A stretch of 64,000 nt of DNA, from positions 85,098 to 149,097 of the IMG/VR virus record IMGVR_UViG_3300009151_000034, one strand, 5' to 3'. The translations under genes and the position numbers were made by a program. This DNA is from a virus. This document shows positions 33,618 through 42,502 of this stretch, piece by piece. How positions within the stretch are numbered: position 1 is the stretch's first letter; each line of letters opens with the position of its first letter. Below the pieces are notes generated by a model. The model was not told the origin of the DNA. It saw only the letters and a list, made by a program, of their open reading frames with translations, and did no database searches.

Positions 33618-34552
33618 AGGTATTCACACTCTCGGATGATCTCAACAAAAAACGATAGAAGATTAATTTCTGGATTGGCAACAAAGCTGCCCTTGAATTG
33701 ATACTCTGCAATCTTCATGACCAGAATAGGAATGGATGACTTCGCAAAAGAAGAATCTGCATATTCATAAATCAAACGAAACAAATCATTTTGGTCAGTC
33801 TCTGGATTCTCTGCCAGCCACTTACGCAGAGAATCAAATTGCTTGTTCTTGCATAGCTTAATAATTTCTTTAACCGGAAGTTCTTCAAACTCAGAAAGAA
33901 TACCAGTATCAATCACACCATGAGCAGAATACTTTTGTAGTTCATTTAGAACACGTCGCCAATCAGGAAAATGGCTGCTAATAACGGCAGCAATAACCTT
34001 CTTATCATACTTGATGTTTTCACTGGTAAGGATAAAATCAACTCGCTTCATGAACTGTGAAGCAAGCTTTGGCATTTCTTCCTTGCCAATTTTGAATTCA
34101 ATCACAGGCGCACGAGAATGTAGGGCTGGAATAATACGGTGTTTCTTGTTACAAGTCAAAATGAAACCGCAGTTACTTGAAAACTCTTCCATGAAATTAC
34201 GAAGAGCGGGCTGGGTAGAATTAGCATTAAGATAATCTGCCTCGTCAAGAATAACATACTTACGCTTTCCACTGAAAGACATACCAGACGCATAATCTGA
34301 AATTTCGTTACGAAGCGTATCAATATTACCGTTCATCGATCCGTTGATGATGATATAATCATTACCAATTTCTTCAAGCAAAGCACGAGCCACGGTTGTT
34401 TTACCAACACCAGGACTGCCATCTAAAATCATGTTAGGAACATTACCCTGGTCCACATAATTTTGAAACATAGACTTTAGTGAAGCAGGAAGAATAGTAT
34501 CCGCGATCTTTTGAGGACGATATTTCTCAACCCAAAGATATTGTTCAAGCAT
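33614..34552 (-). CDS. gp44: Clamp loader large subunit
   Basis: WVEKYRP, GSPGVGKTT, LDEAD. Confidence 0.95.
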   Translation of the reverse strand: MLEQYLWVEKYRPQKIADTILPASLKSMFQNYVDQGNVPNMILDGSPGVGKTTVARALLEEIGNDYIIINGSMNGNIDTLRNEISDYASGMSFSGKRKYVILDEADYLNANSTQPALRNFMEEFSSNCGFILTCNKKHRIIPALHSRAPVIEFKIGKEEMPKLASQFMKRVDFILTSENIKYDKKVIAAVISSHFPDWRRVLNELQKYSAHGVIDTGILSEFEELPVKEIIKLCKNKQFDSLRKWLAENPETDQNDLFRLIYEYADSSFAKSSIPILVMKIAEYQFKGSFVANPEINLLSFFVEIIRECEYL

Positions 34553-34655
34553 TACTTTCTCCAATTACATAATATAAAAAACTTACTAGGAGGGAAGATT
34601 AATCGATAGTTTTGATAAATCTTTCCGCCTAGTAAGATATAGCAGATAAACGATA

Positions 34656-35354
34656 TTAAGTCAAGTTAAGCTTGGAGGTATCTTTCATGATAATCCAATA
34701 TTCGATTTCTGGATTATTCATATAAATCACCTTTAAAGAATTATCCAAAGAAATCTTAACATCATAATCAGCAGAAATCATCTTGATAGTTGCAGGATTG
34801 AAGTAAGCACAAAACTTCTTATCGGTTTGGCCAATAATAGTGCTATAAAATCCAGACTTCACACCAGTATTGCTATCTTCTTTCTTTTCTGCTTGAAGCT
34901 TGATAGTTTCTCCATCACCAACAAATGACATATCAGTAAGATTCATAATACTGATTGCTTTTAGAGTATCCTGAATATCTTTGTATAAAAGCTTAAATTG
35001 AACGCTATTTGAATCAGAAACTTCTAGGTTTGAAAAAGTTGGAATCTTAAATGCCTTCTTAATCAGTTCAGGATCGCAGTAGTTATAAATCAAAGAAGTT
35101 TGTTTGTTGTAAACATTCACATATCGATCACTAAATTCCAGTTCAGGGGCTCCAAGTAAAGTAATTGCCTGAATAAATTGTGATAGGCTGTAAATAGAAA
35201 AGTCTACAGGAAATACTTCCACAACTTTTGCTCTTGACGTGATATCTCGGTTTGGAGAAATTGTTGTCAATTCAGACCCAGCCTTGACCGTAATACATGA
35301 ATTAATAGACGAATAATTCTTTAGAATATCCATAGTCTTAGCACTTAAAATCAT
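34656..35354 (-). CDS. gp45: Sliding clamp
   Basis: MILSAKTMDILKNYSSIN, FSIYSLSQF; synteny. Confidence 0.85.
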   Translation of the reverse strand: MILSAKTMDILKNYSSINSCITVKAGSELTTISPNRDITSRAKVVEVFPVDFSIYSLSQFIQAITLLGAPELEFSDRYVNVYNKQTSLIYNYCDPELIKKAFKIPTFSNLEVSDSNSVQFKLLYKDIQDTLKAISIMNLTDMSFVGDGETIKLQAEKKEDSNTGVKSGFYSTIIGQTDKKFCAYFNPATIKMISADYDVKISLDNSLKVIYMNNPEIEYWIIMKDTSKLNLT

Positions 35355-35420
35355 AATATAATCTCCAAAAGAAGTTGAGGGAATCAACTCACTTTAGTAT
35401 GTTGATTCCATCCTGTCAAT

Positions 35421-36266
35421 TTAAGCTTTCTTGCCTAGCTGTGTAGGATCAGCAGTAGCAGCAGCGCCGATAGATGCAAGATCAGCCAATGATCCACCAA
35501 AGATATAGCTACCAACGTGTTGTAGACGCATCCAAGGGCAATACCAAATTTTTCCACCAATTTTTCCTAGATAATGACAAAACCAATAATCCTCAGAAAG
35601 ATAACGCTTCGATTCTGGTTCAATTTCGGCCTGGAAATACATATGAATTTCACGAGAGCCATCAAAATGGGCCGTGCGAATGTGATCTGGCTTATACGAA
35701 TACTGAGGATAAGCATCACGGAACTTTTCAAACGTGCTCTTACGAGTCATCATAAACCCGGTTCCAATTTCAGAAACTTCGATTGGCTCATCAATTCGGA
35801 AAGAACCACCACCATTCTTTGGATTGAATACGTAATCACCAACAAACTTTTCAAGAACGTTGGGGTCTTCATCTGCCATACCTTTATCTACTGCAAGCTT
35901 GATCTTTTCCCAGCTAATGCACTTTTTAGGATAAGGACCAGCAAGAACATCATATTCTGAATCATCAGATTGGAGAGCAAGTAATGCAAGAACATCACGA
36001 GGATCGAAACCAATATCAGAATCGATAAACATCATATGAGTGCAGTCAGAACGCATAAACTCATCAACACAGTAATTACGAGCACGAGTAATTAATGATT
36101 CGTTAAAGAGAAAGTAAGATTGCATATGAATGCCGTTTGCAGCACACATAGCAGTTAAATCGGCCACAGACTTAGTAAACATACCCGCACACATACCACC
36201 ATACATTGGGGCAGCTAAGAAAAGTTTGCGCTTACGCAGTTCGTCCATTTCAATTTTTATTTCCAT
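35421..36266 (-). CDS. Conserved phage GT-A-fold glycosyltransferase-like protein
   Basis: ESLITRARN, FIDSDI, GTGFM, LSEDYWFC. Confidence 0.75.
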   Translation of the reverse strand: MEIKIEMDELRKRKLFLAAPMYGGMCAGMFTKSVADLTAMCAANGIHMQSYFLFNESLITRARNYCVDEFMRSDCTHMMFIDSDIGFDPRDVLALLALQSDDSEYDVLAGPYPKKCISWEKIKLAVDKGMADEDPNVLEKFVGDYVFNPKNGGGSFRIDEPIEVSEIGTGFMMTRKSTFEKFRDAYPQYSYKPDHIRTAHFDGSREIHMYFQAEIEPESKRYLSEDYWFCHYLGKIGGKIWYCPWMRLQHVGSYIFGGSLADLASIGAAATADPTQLGKKA

Positions 36267-36268
36267 AT

Positions 36269-36733
36269 TTATTCACCTTTTGTTTTATAATGATCAGCGT
36301 GAAGAGTTAACATGATGTAATGCAATGCTTTCATTAAATCATCTTTGTTATTGCCGTTTTTTTTCCCATATCGCCAAAGATACTTAATTGCGGTATTACG
36401 GAAAGTTGGTGCAGCATCACCTAGAGCCATCCAAGCATCAAAACACGTAATTTTTTTATTTGTGTTATAATGTTGTCCATACGTTTTATCAACATATTCT
36501 TTTAATGCTGTGATAATTTCTGGCTCGTTGTATTTATACATCGGACCATCATGATTTTTTTCTACCGTGGCATTAATTTCGTTAAAAACATTATTTTTTA
36601 CATCGACCGTTGTATATGCTCGGTCAGTCATAGGAACAGCTATGCCACCATTCAAAATAGCAGTAGAAAAATTATCATAACCAACAGAAACACCGCCAGC
36701 CATTAAATTATCAGTATTATAAATCTGTGCCAT
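36269..36733 (-). CDS. DUF3310-like protein
   Basis: TYGQHY, AIKYLWRYGKK..DLMKALHY. Confidence 0.75.
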   Translation of the reverse strand: MAQIYNTDNLMAGGVSVGYDNFSTAILNGGIAVPMTDRAYTTVDVKNNVFNEINATVEKNHDGPMYKYNEPEIITALKEYVDKTYGQHYNTNKKITCFDAWMALGDAAPTFRNTAIKYLWRYGKKNGNNKDDLMKALHYIMLTLHADHYKTKGE

Positions 36734-37116
36734 TAAAATGATTTTCCTCCTGTTTTTTCTCGATTGGCAAGTTGGTGGTCTGCTCGATCTGCGTTGTAAT
36801 CATGTTTCTCATCGATTGCACCAGCAATATCAAGACCCTGTAGAGCACCCAAATCAAGAATGCGAATAATACAATCGGCAAGTTCCACCTCAATCATTTT
36901 ACGATTTACAAGATGATCGTCCATCAAATTTTTACGAGCACCTTCAAGTGCCTCAGAAAGTTCGGAATGACAAAGAGCAATCATTGTTCCGACTTCACGA
37001 GACTTAGAATGCCATCCCATTTTTAAGGCTTGGTTGTGTAGTTTTTCTTGAATTGAACGAAAACAATTTATTTCTGTTGTGGTGAGAGAAAATTCAGTTT
37101 TTTTTGTGTTTGTCAT
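36733..37116 (-). CDS. MazG-like NTP pyrophosphohydrolase
   Basis: HSELSEALE, ELADCIIRILD. Confidence 0.8.
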   Translation of the reverse strand: MTNTKKTEFSLTTTEINCFRSIQEKLHNQALKMGWHSKSREVGTMIALCHSELSEALEGARKNLMDDHLVNRKMIEVELADCIIRILDLGALQGLDIAGAIDEKHDYNADRADHQLANREKTGGKSF

Positions 37117-37309
37117 TAATCATCTCCGTAATAATTTTTTTGCTATTCACTGGTCCAATTGTTGTTTCGTAAATCAATTTTGCCGACGATAGCATTGCGG
37201 AAGCCAACATTAGCAACTGAGAAGGGTTATCACACATCATGATAAGACTATCAATGTTGGATAACATCACTTCCATTTGTTTTTTTTCTAAAGCCTCATT
37301 TTCATTCAT
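37094..37309 (-). CDS. Hypothetical protein
   Basis: Start MNENE coupled to the upstream stop. Confidence 0.55.
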   Translation of the reverse strand: MNENEALEKKQMEVMLSNIDSLIMMCDNPSQLLMLASAMLSSAKLIYETTIGPVNSKKIITEMINDKHKKN

Positions 37310-37845
37310 TATATAATCCATGTTGGGGGTTGACGATATTTCCAAGAGTGAAGCGAAGCTTTGCCCACCTTGTAGTAGTTGCGATAGTTGAGCATAGAAT
37401 CAGTTGAAATAATATATTGTTCATCCATACACGAAGGCATTGGGGTCCAATCATTATCCTTGAGATTGTCGGGTAGGTCAATCAAAAAACTTGAAACGGC
37501 ACCGAAACATTTATGAACTTTACCATAACGGTATGTATACTCATCCATTAGGGCAAAGAAATGTTCTAGTAGCCAATTATAATTTTGTTTGGACTGCCGA
37601 CACCAAACAGCAGAAGGATGATTGATATGGGTGGATTGATATAAAACACTATCACGGCTGTCTTTAAGAACGAATCTTTTTACGTTCCGACCTGTATTTG
37701 ACTTTTCAGTCTTTTCCTGTCCATCAAGAACACGATGGGCAGTTGATAGCAATTGGGCAGATTCTAAAATTTGTTTTATAATATGCTTATTTACTAAACA
37801 TACAGCAGCTTTATTTGGGTCGATATCAACATAAAAAATTTGCAT
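37309..37845 (-). CDS. Pyrimidine-dimer DNA glycosylase (DenV)-like protein
   Basis: MQIFY..KHIIKQILESAQLLSTAH, THINHPSAVW. Confidence 0.75.
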   Translation of the reverse strand: MQIFYVDIDPNKAAVCLVNKHIIKQILESAQLLSTAHRVLDGQEKTEKSNTGRNVKRFVLKDSRDSVLYQSTHINHPSAVWCRQSKQNYNWLLEHFFALMDEYTYRYGKVHKCFGAVSSFLIDLPDNLKDNDWTPMPSCMDEQYIISTDSMLNYRNYYKVGKASLHSWKYRQPPTWII

Positions 37846-37846
37846 T

Positions 37847-38377
37847 TTATTCCTTGTTATTAAACATATTATAAAAATTACTCAATTTATTCAATTCGTC
37901 TATAGTTGCATCTTTTTTTAATAGATTGGCTCTTGTTGAAACTATCACTATATTATCTTTTGTATATCCTTTATTATTATAAATTCTATCTATTGATGGT
38001 GAGTTGAAATGTTTTTTTCTATCACCAGTTTCTAGTTTTATTCCTAAAACCGGGCAATAATCTGGAATTATGATATCTTCGATAATCAATGTATGTTCAA
38101 GACCGGCGGCTTTTGCTCTTTGTTTTGAGTTATTCAACATAGCATACGCTGGCTTGGTTTTCCAGTTATTTTTTCGTCTTTCTTTTTCAATTATAGCTTT
38201 TTTGGCTGAACATGATTTACAATTTGGCCTGATACCTTTAGATTCGTCATTTTTATTTATTCTTGAAAATTTACTTTGCCTTAATTCCAATTTACACATT
38301 TTGCAGATTATTTTTGGTTTTGGATCGCCGTATTTATTTTTTCCAGTTCTGGCCATTTGTGGCATAGCTTTTTTCAT
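37847..38377 (-). CDS. HNH-like homing endonuclease
   Basis: CxxC..CxxC, CPVLG, SIDRIYNNKGYTKDN..AN..K; own late promoter. Confidence 0.8.
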   Translation of the reverse strand: MKKAMPQMARTGKNKYGDPKPKIICKMCKLELRQSKFSRINKNDESKGIRPNCKSCSAKKAIIEKERRKNNWKTKPAYAMLNNSKQRAKAAGLEHTLIIEDIIIPDYCPVLGIKLETGDRKKHFNSPSIDRIYNNKGYTKDNIVIVSTRANLLKKDATIDELNKLSNFYNMFNNKE

Positions 38378-38386
38378 TTTTTTCCC

Positions 38387-38434
38387 TTTGTGTAAACTCT
38401 ATAATCTATTTATAATAATAGAGAGTTTACACAA
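38387..38434 (-). promoter_or_regulatory. Late promoter inside a 14-bp hairpin next to the endonuclease RBS
   Basis: TTTGTGTAAACTCT..TATAAATA..AGAGTTTACACAAA. Confidence 0.7.
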
Positions 38435-38445
38435 ATTATTACCCT

Positions 38446-38952
38446 TCAAAAATTAAGTAGTTTCCACTTTCGGTTCTTTCTTATCCAAAGTTTATGTTGA
38501 CGCAAAGCTTTTTCACGGTGGATTGGATTTGCATGACGATAATACTCATATCCATCAAGAAAGTCAAGACCTTGTTGGAAAACTCGTGCAGTAATTCCTG
38601 TAAATGTTTCCGTTCGGATTTCGCTATTAGGTAAAGCAAAACGAACTTTTATATGCTTTGGTCTACTAATTTTAACAGACATTCCTGGCCATGTCAAGCT
38701 AGTTTCTTCAAGTGTGACCAATTCTGTGCTGGGCATGACGACACGCGGATTATAACATACAAAGTTTTGTGGATCACCTCTCATAGCAAACACTCTATAT
38801 GGTATACTTAATTGTGGAGCAGATAAACAAATTCCACCACCATCATACATTGTCTTGACAAGTTCTTGTGCAAATTCGATAGGTTCAAATGGTGGTGTGG
38901 TAAAATCAAAGTTTAAACTTTTTTCTCTTAGAAAGGTAAAATTTTGTGTCAT
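38446..38952 (-). CDS. Peptide deformylase homologue with degenerate catalytic motifs
   Basis: GICLSAPQ, ETSLT (for EGCLS), ARVFQQGLDF (for QHExDH). Confidence 0.8.
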   Translation of the reverse strand: MTQNFTFLREKSLNFDFTTPPFEPIEFAQELVKTMYDGGGICLSAPQLSIPYRVFAMRGDPQNFVCYNPRVVMPSTELVTLEETSLTWPGMSVKISRPKHIKVRFALPNSEIRTETFTGITARVFQQGLDFLDGYEYYRHANPIHREKALRQHKLWIRKNRKWKLLNF

Positions 38953-40664
38953 GCTGCTGATTCCATTTTTGAAAAGTTTTTATGTTTTGTGAACCGAATA
39001 ATATTGTTGAATTTATCGTTCATCTGTTCCTTGTGAGAAATAACAAACATGCTATTATCGGATGCTAACGATTGAATGATAGCCATGAGTTGATCTGTCC
39101 CAGAAGAATCTAAAGAACTATCAAAAACTTCATCTAAGATCAATAGGTTAGTGCTGATAGAGTTACGAAGTTTTGCTATTGCTCTCCATGTAAACAATAA
39201 AGATAAATCAATTTTTTGTTTTTCACCTTCGGAAAATGATGCATAACTAAAATCATCTCTATATCTTGACTTGATGCTTTCTTGAAATTCACTGTTCATT
39301 TCGAAGCTAACAAAGAAATCCATCATTGCCAGATACTTGTTCACCAATTTGTTGATAACAGGAATATACTGGTTGATAATTTTAGTTTTAATACCACCGT
39401 CTTTTAACATAAGAGCAGCAGCAGCTAAGACTTGACGATCTTCCTGAAACGAATTGAATTTTTCTTGAATTTGCGTCAAGTCTTTTTCAAGATCGGCAAT
39501 TTTTGTTTCGGTTGTTTGTTTCACCGATTTTTTTGCGTTATCAATTTCATTTTGAATGGTAATGCAAATAGATTTGTTATGTTTAATAGATTGTTGAAAC
39601 TGCATCAGCAAAGAACTCACTTCACTGATATCGGATTCAATTTTAGTTATATTAACCATTCGATCATTAGCTTTTTTATTAGCCTCTTCCCATTTAATCA
39701 TTGTGTTATCGATTTTAGCAACCTTGGCTTCTCGGTCTTTAACAATATCAGCAGCAAATGAAGGTTCAATGCCCTGGGAACAAGTTGGGCAATTTTCATG
39801 CTTTTTAAAAAACGATATTTCTTTTTTGAAAATATCTTTATTGTTCAAAGATTTAGTCCGATAGTCACGGAGCTTGTTTAAATCATTGTAGACATGGGTG
39901 CGGTCTTCTTTGATGGCTTCTAGTTCTGAAATTTTCACTTGAAGAATTTTTACTTCTTCCATACTTTCTTTAATATTTAAAACATGTTCAGCGATTGTTG
40001 TTTCTTTTTGCTTGATAAATTCTTCATTTTTGGAACGAAGTTCTTTAAGATGCTGATGGACTATTTCAATTTTGGTCTTGACAATTTTTTTGTTATTTTC
40101 TGTTTCCTGCACGTCTTTTTCGTTCTGCTGGATTTGCTCTTTAAGCAGAACATTCATCTTAGTGAAAATTTCAAGGTCTAATAAATCTTCGATGATAGCT
40201 CTGCGATTTGGTCCAGTTAGCTGCATGAACGGAACAAAGGAAGCAGACCCAAGAACCACAACTTGACAGAACGATTTAAAATTAATCTTGAGGATTTGTT
40301 TTTCGAGAATTGCTTGATAATCTTTCATTTCGGCATCTTGATTTATTAATTTTTCATTGCAATAAACCTCAAAAAGATTTGGCTTAATACCGCGAACAAT
40401 TCGATACATGTTTGAACTAGACCAAAATTCAATTTCAACCAACGCATCTTTGCGTGTGATAGAATTGACTAGCTGGCCTTTATTGATATTACGAAATGGT
40501 TTACCAAACAAACCAAAGGTCAATGCATCAAGCATCGTTGACTTGCCTGAACCATTTTCACCAACAATAAGTGTCGTCCCGGCTTTACTCAGATCAAGTT
40601 CTGAGAAAACATTCCCGGTTGAAAGAAAGTTTTTCCATCGAATAAATTTAAATTCAATACTCAT
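38949..40664 (-). CDS. gp46: Recombination ATPase (Rad50/SbcC-like)
   Basis: GENGSGKST, CPTC zinc hook, FSEGE, LILDE. Confidence 0.95.
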   Translation of the reverse strand: MSIEFKFIRWKNFLSTGNVFSELDLSKAGTTLIVGENGSGKSTMLDALTFGLFGKPFRNINKGQLVNSITRKDALVEIEFWSSSNMYRIVRGIKPNLFEVYCNEKLINQDAEMKDYQAILEKQILKINFKSFCQVVVLGSASFVPFMQLTGPNRRAIIEDLLDLEIFTKMNVLLKEQIQQNEKDVQETENNKKIVKTKIEIVHQHLKELRSKNEEFIKQKETTIAEHVLNIKESMEEVKILQVKISELEAIKEDRTHVYNDLNKLRDYRTKSLNNKDIFKKEISFFKKHENCPTCSQGIEPSFAADIVKDREAKVAKIDNTMIKWEEANKKANDRMVNITKIESDISEVSSLLMQFQQSIKHNKSICITIQNEIDNAKKSVKQTTETKIADLEKDLTQIQEKFNSFQEDRQVLAAAALMLKDGGIKTKIINQYIPVINKLVNKYLAMMDFFVSFEMNSEFQESIKSRYRDDFSYASFSEGEKQKIDLSLLFTWRAIAKLRNSISTNLLILDEVFDSSLDSSGTDQLMAIIQSLASDNSMFVISHKEQMNDKFNNIIRFTKHKNFSKMESAA

Positions 40665-41741
40665 ACTTCAAGTGCCACTGCTTCATGATAAAGGTTAATT
40701 ATTACGTTTTCAAGTTTCTGCTTATTTACCGATCCTGATATGTCACTGATATGATTACGAAAAATATCGATTGTGTTTTCAACTTCTTCAGTAATATCAG
40801 ATTCAGTTTCGAGGTCTAAATTCAAATGATCTTCAACAATCTGAATATCTAAAGCCCCGGCTTTTTCGACTTTTTCACAAAACATATCAAACCAGTAAGG
40901 ATTATTTTTATTACGAACCACGATTTTGCATAAAACACCATTAAAGGGACTGAAATCACAATTAAGAAGTTCTTCGGAAGTGCATGTGCTATCATCATAG
41001 AATGCTTTCATAAACATCTTATATGGATTTTCAATGAAAGTCAATTCTCGGGTTTCTGTATCTAAAATATGGAAACCCCTAGCATCTCCATAATCCGACC
41101 AAGTAAATTGACCATGACTACCAAGATAATATACCCCATCATTATTTGACCGATGGTGATAATGACCAGAGCAAGTAAGATCAAACTTTTGACTAAAAAT
41201 GTTCGAATCTTCGCCATGAGTCGAGACATTACCCCTAAACATTTGAAAGCCTCGTAGTTCGAGATGCCCAAGGCAAATTTGAGCAGTCGTATTTTTAATT
41301 TTGTCGAATGTGGCATCTTTATTTTCTTGACAAATCCATGGAACAAAAAGAAATTTAGCATCATATAATACAACTTCGGTTGCTGTATCATACACATGAA
41401 ACTTTTCAGAATTCATTGTGGGACAGCAAAGTTCTTGGATGGAATTTACCGACGTTGTGTTTTTATAGTAAATATCATGATTTCCAAGAATTTGATGGTA
41501 ATCAATACCACGTTCTATGATTGGCTGAATAAAATCTTCACGCAGACGTTTTGCAGTCTGAATGTTAATATATTTTCTACGATCCACCAAATCACCAAGA
41601 TGAATAATCGTATCAATTTTCATAGTGTCAATTAGAGGAAAAAAGATATTATCTAAAAACTTTTTGTTGTTATCCAAAAATGCAACATGATCATTACGAA
41701 CACCAAAAGTGTGTATCAGCTATAAGAGCTAATTTAGCCAT
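40661..41741 (-). CDS. gp47: Recombination nuclease (Mre11/SbcD-like), +1 frameshift at ~41705
   Basis: MAKLALIADTHF then +1 frame GVRND; HLGDLVD, GNHD, SGHYH. Confidence 0.9.
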
Positions 41742-41763
41742 ACCGATTCTCCTTTCACCTTCA

Positions 41764-41937
41764 TTATCTTATTTTTTTAGTATTAAAATTTTTCTTGTTT
41801 AGTTCTTGTTCACAATATTCTTTAATGGCTCGAACCCTATCTTCATAGTTATTGCGAACATTTACATTAAAATTTTTGTTGGTCATCCCCTCCACACAAT
41901 CTATCACTGCGGGAGGAATAAGATGTTTTTGTAACAT
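41764..41937 (-). CDS. Small hypothetical protein between gp55 and gp47 (not in ORF track)
   Basis: MLQKHLIPPAV..RNNYEDRVRAIKEYC; AAGGA SD. Confidence 0.65.
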   Translation of the reverse strand: MLQKHLIPPAVIDCVEGMTNKNFNVNVRNNYEDRVRAIKEYCEQELNKKNFNTKKIR

Positions 41938-41992
41938 ATGTCTGGTCCTTTTTAATTCCTTTGCGAAAGTTTTTCATAGTTCGCATTATAGC

Positions 41993-42451
41993 CTATTTCG
42001 GGGGTTTAGTCAACTTGTCTTCGAAACTTTTAATAATCTCATTTGCAATTTCATCATTGCTTAGGTGTAGTTCTCCATGAACATCTTCAGTCAAACTAAG
42101 ATGCTGCATGTTCTTATATTTGAGATAGGTTTGCTTCTTTTCTTTAGCGATACGTCTTAGCATTGCGTTCCATGCAATTCTGGTAAAATATGCAAAAGGG
42201 TTATTCGACCTTTCTGGATTAAAGCCATGAACAGATTCAACACAATTTTCAACAGCATCCCCAACCATATCATCTCGATAGGTGTAATTAACAAAATTAG
42301 CCTTAGTTGATAGTCTTTTACAAATTTCGTTTATGCAGGCTCCAATATAATTGGGAATAGCCACAAATTCATTGCTTTCTTTAGTTTTATTTTTAAACTC
42401 AACGAGAGCATTAAAGAAATCCACATTGTTCACATAGTGACGCTTTTTCAT
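41993..42451 (-). CDS. gp55: Late-transcription sigma factor
   Basis: HYVNN, NFVNYTYRDDM, NPFAYFT. Confidence 0.93.
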   Translation of the reverse strand: MKKRHYVNNVDFFNALVEFKNKTKESNEFVAIPNYIGACINEICKRLSTKANFVNYTYRDDMVGDAVENCVESVHGFNPERSNNPFAYFTRIAWNAMLRRIAKEKKQTYLKYKNMQHLSLTEDVHGELHLSNDEIANEIIKSFEDKLTKPPK

Positions 42452-42502
42452 ATTGACAGCCTTCTGAGTTGTTGGTATAATCGTTAGTGAAGAGATGATG
42501 AA

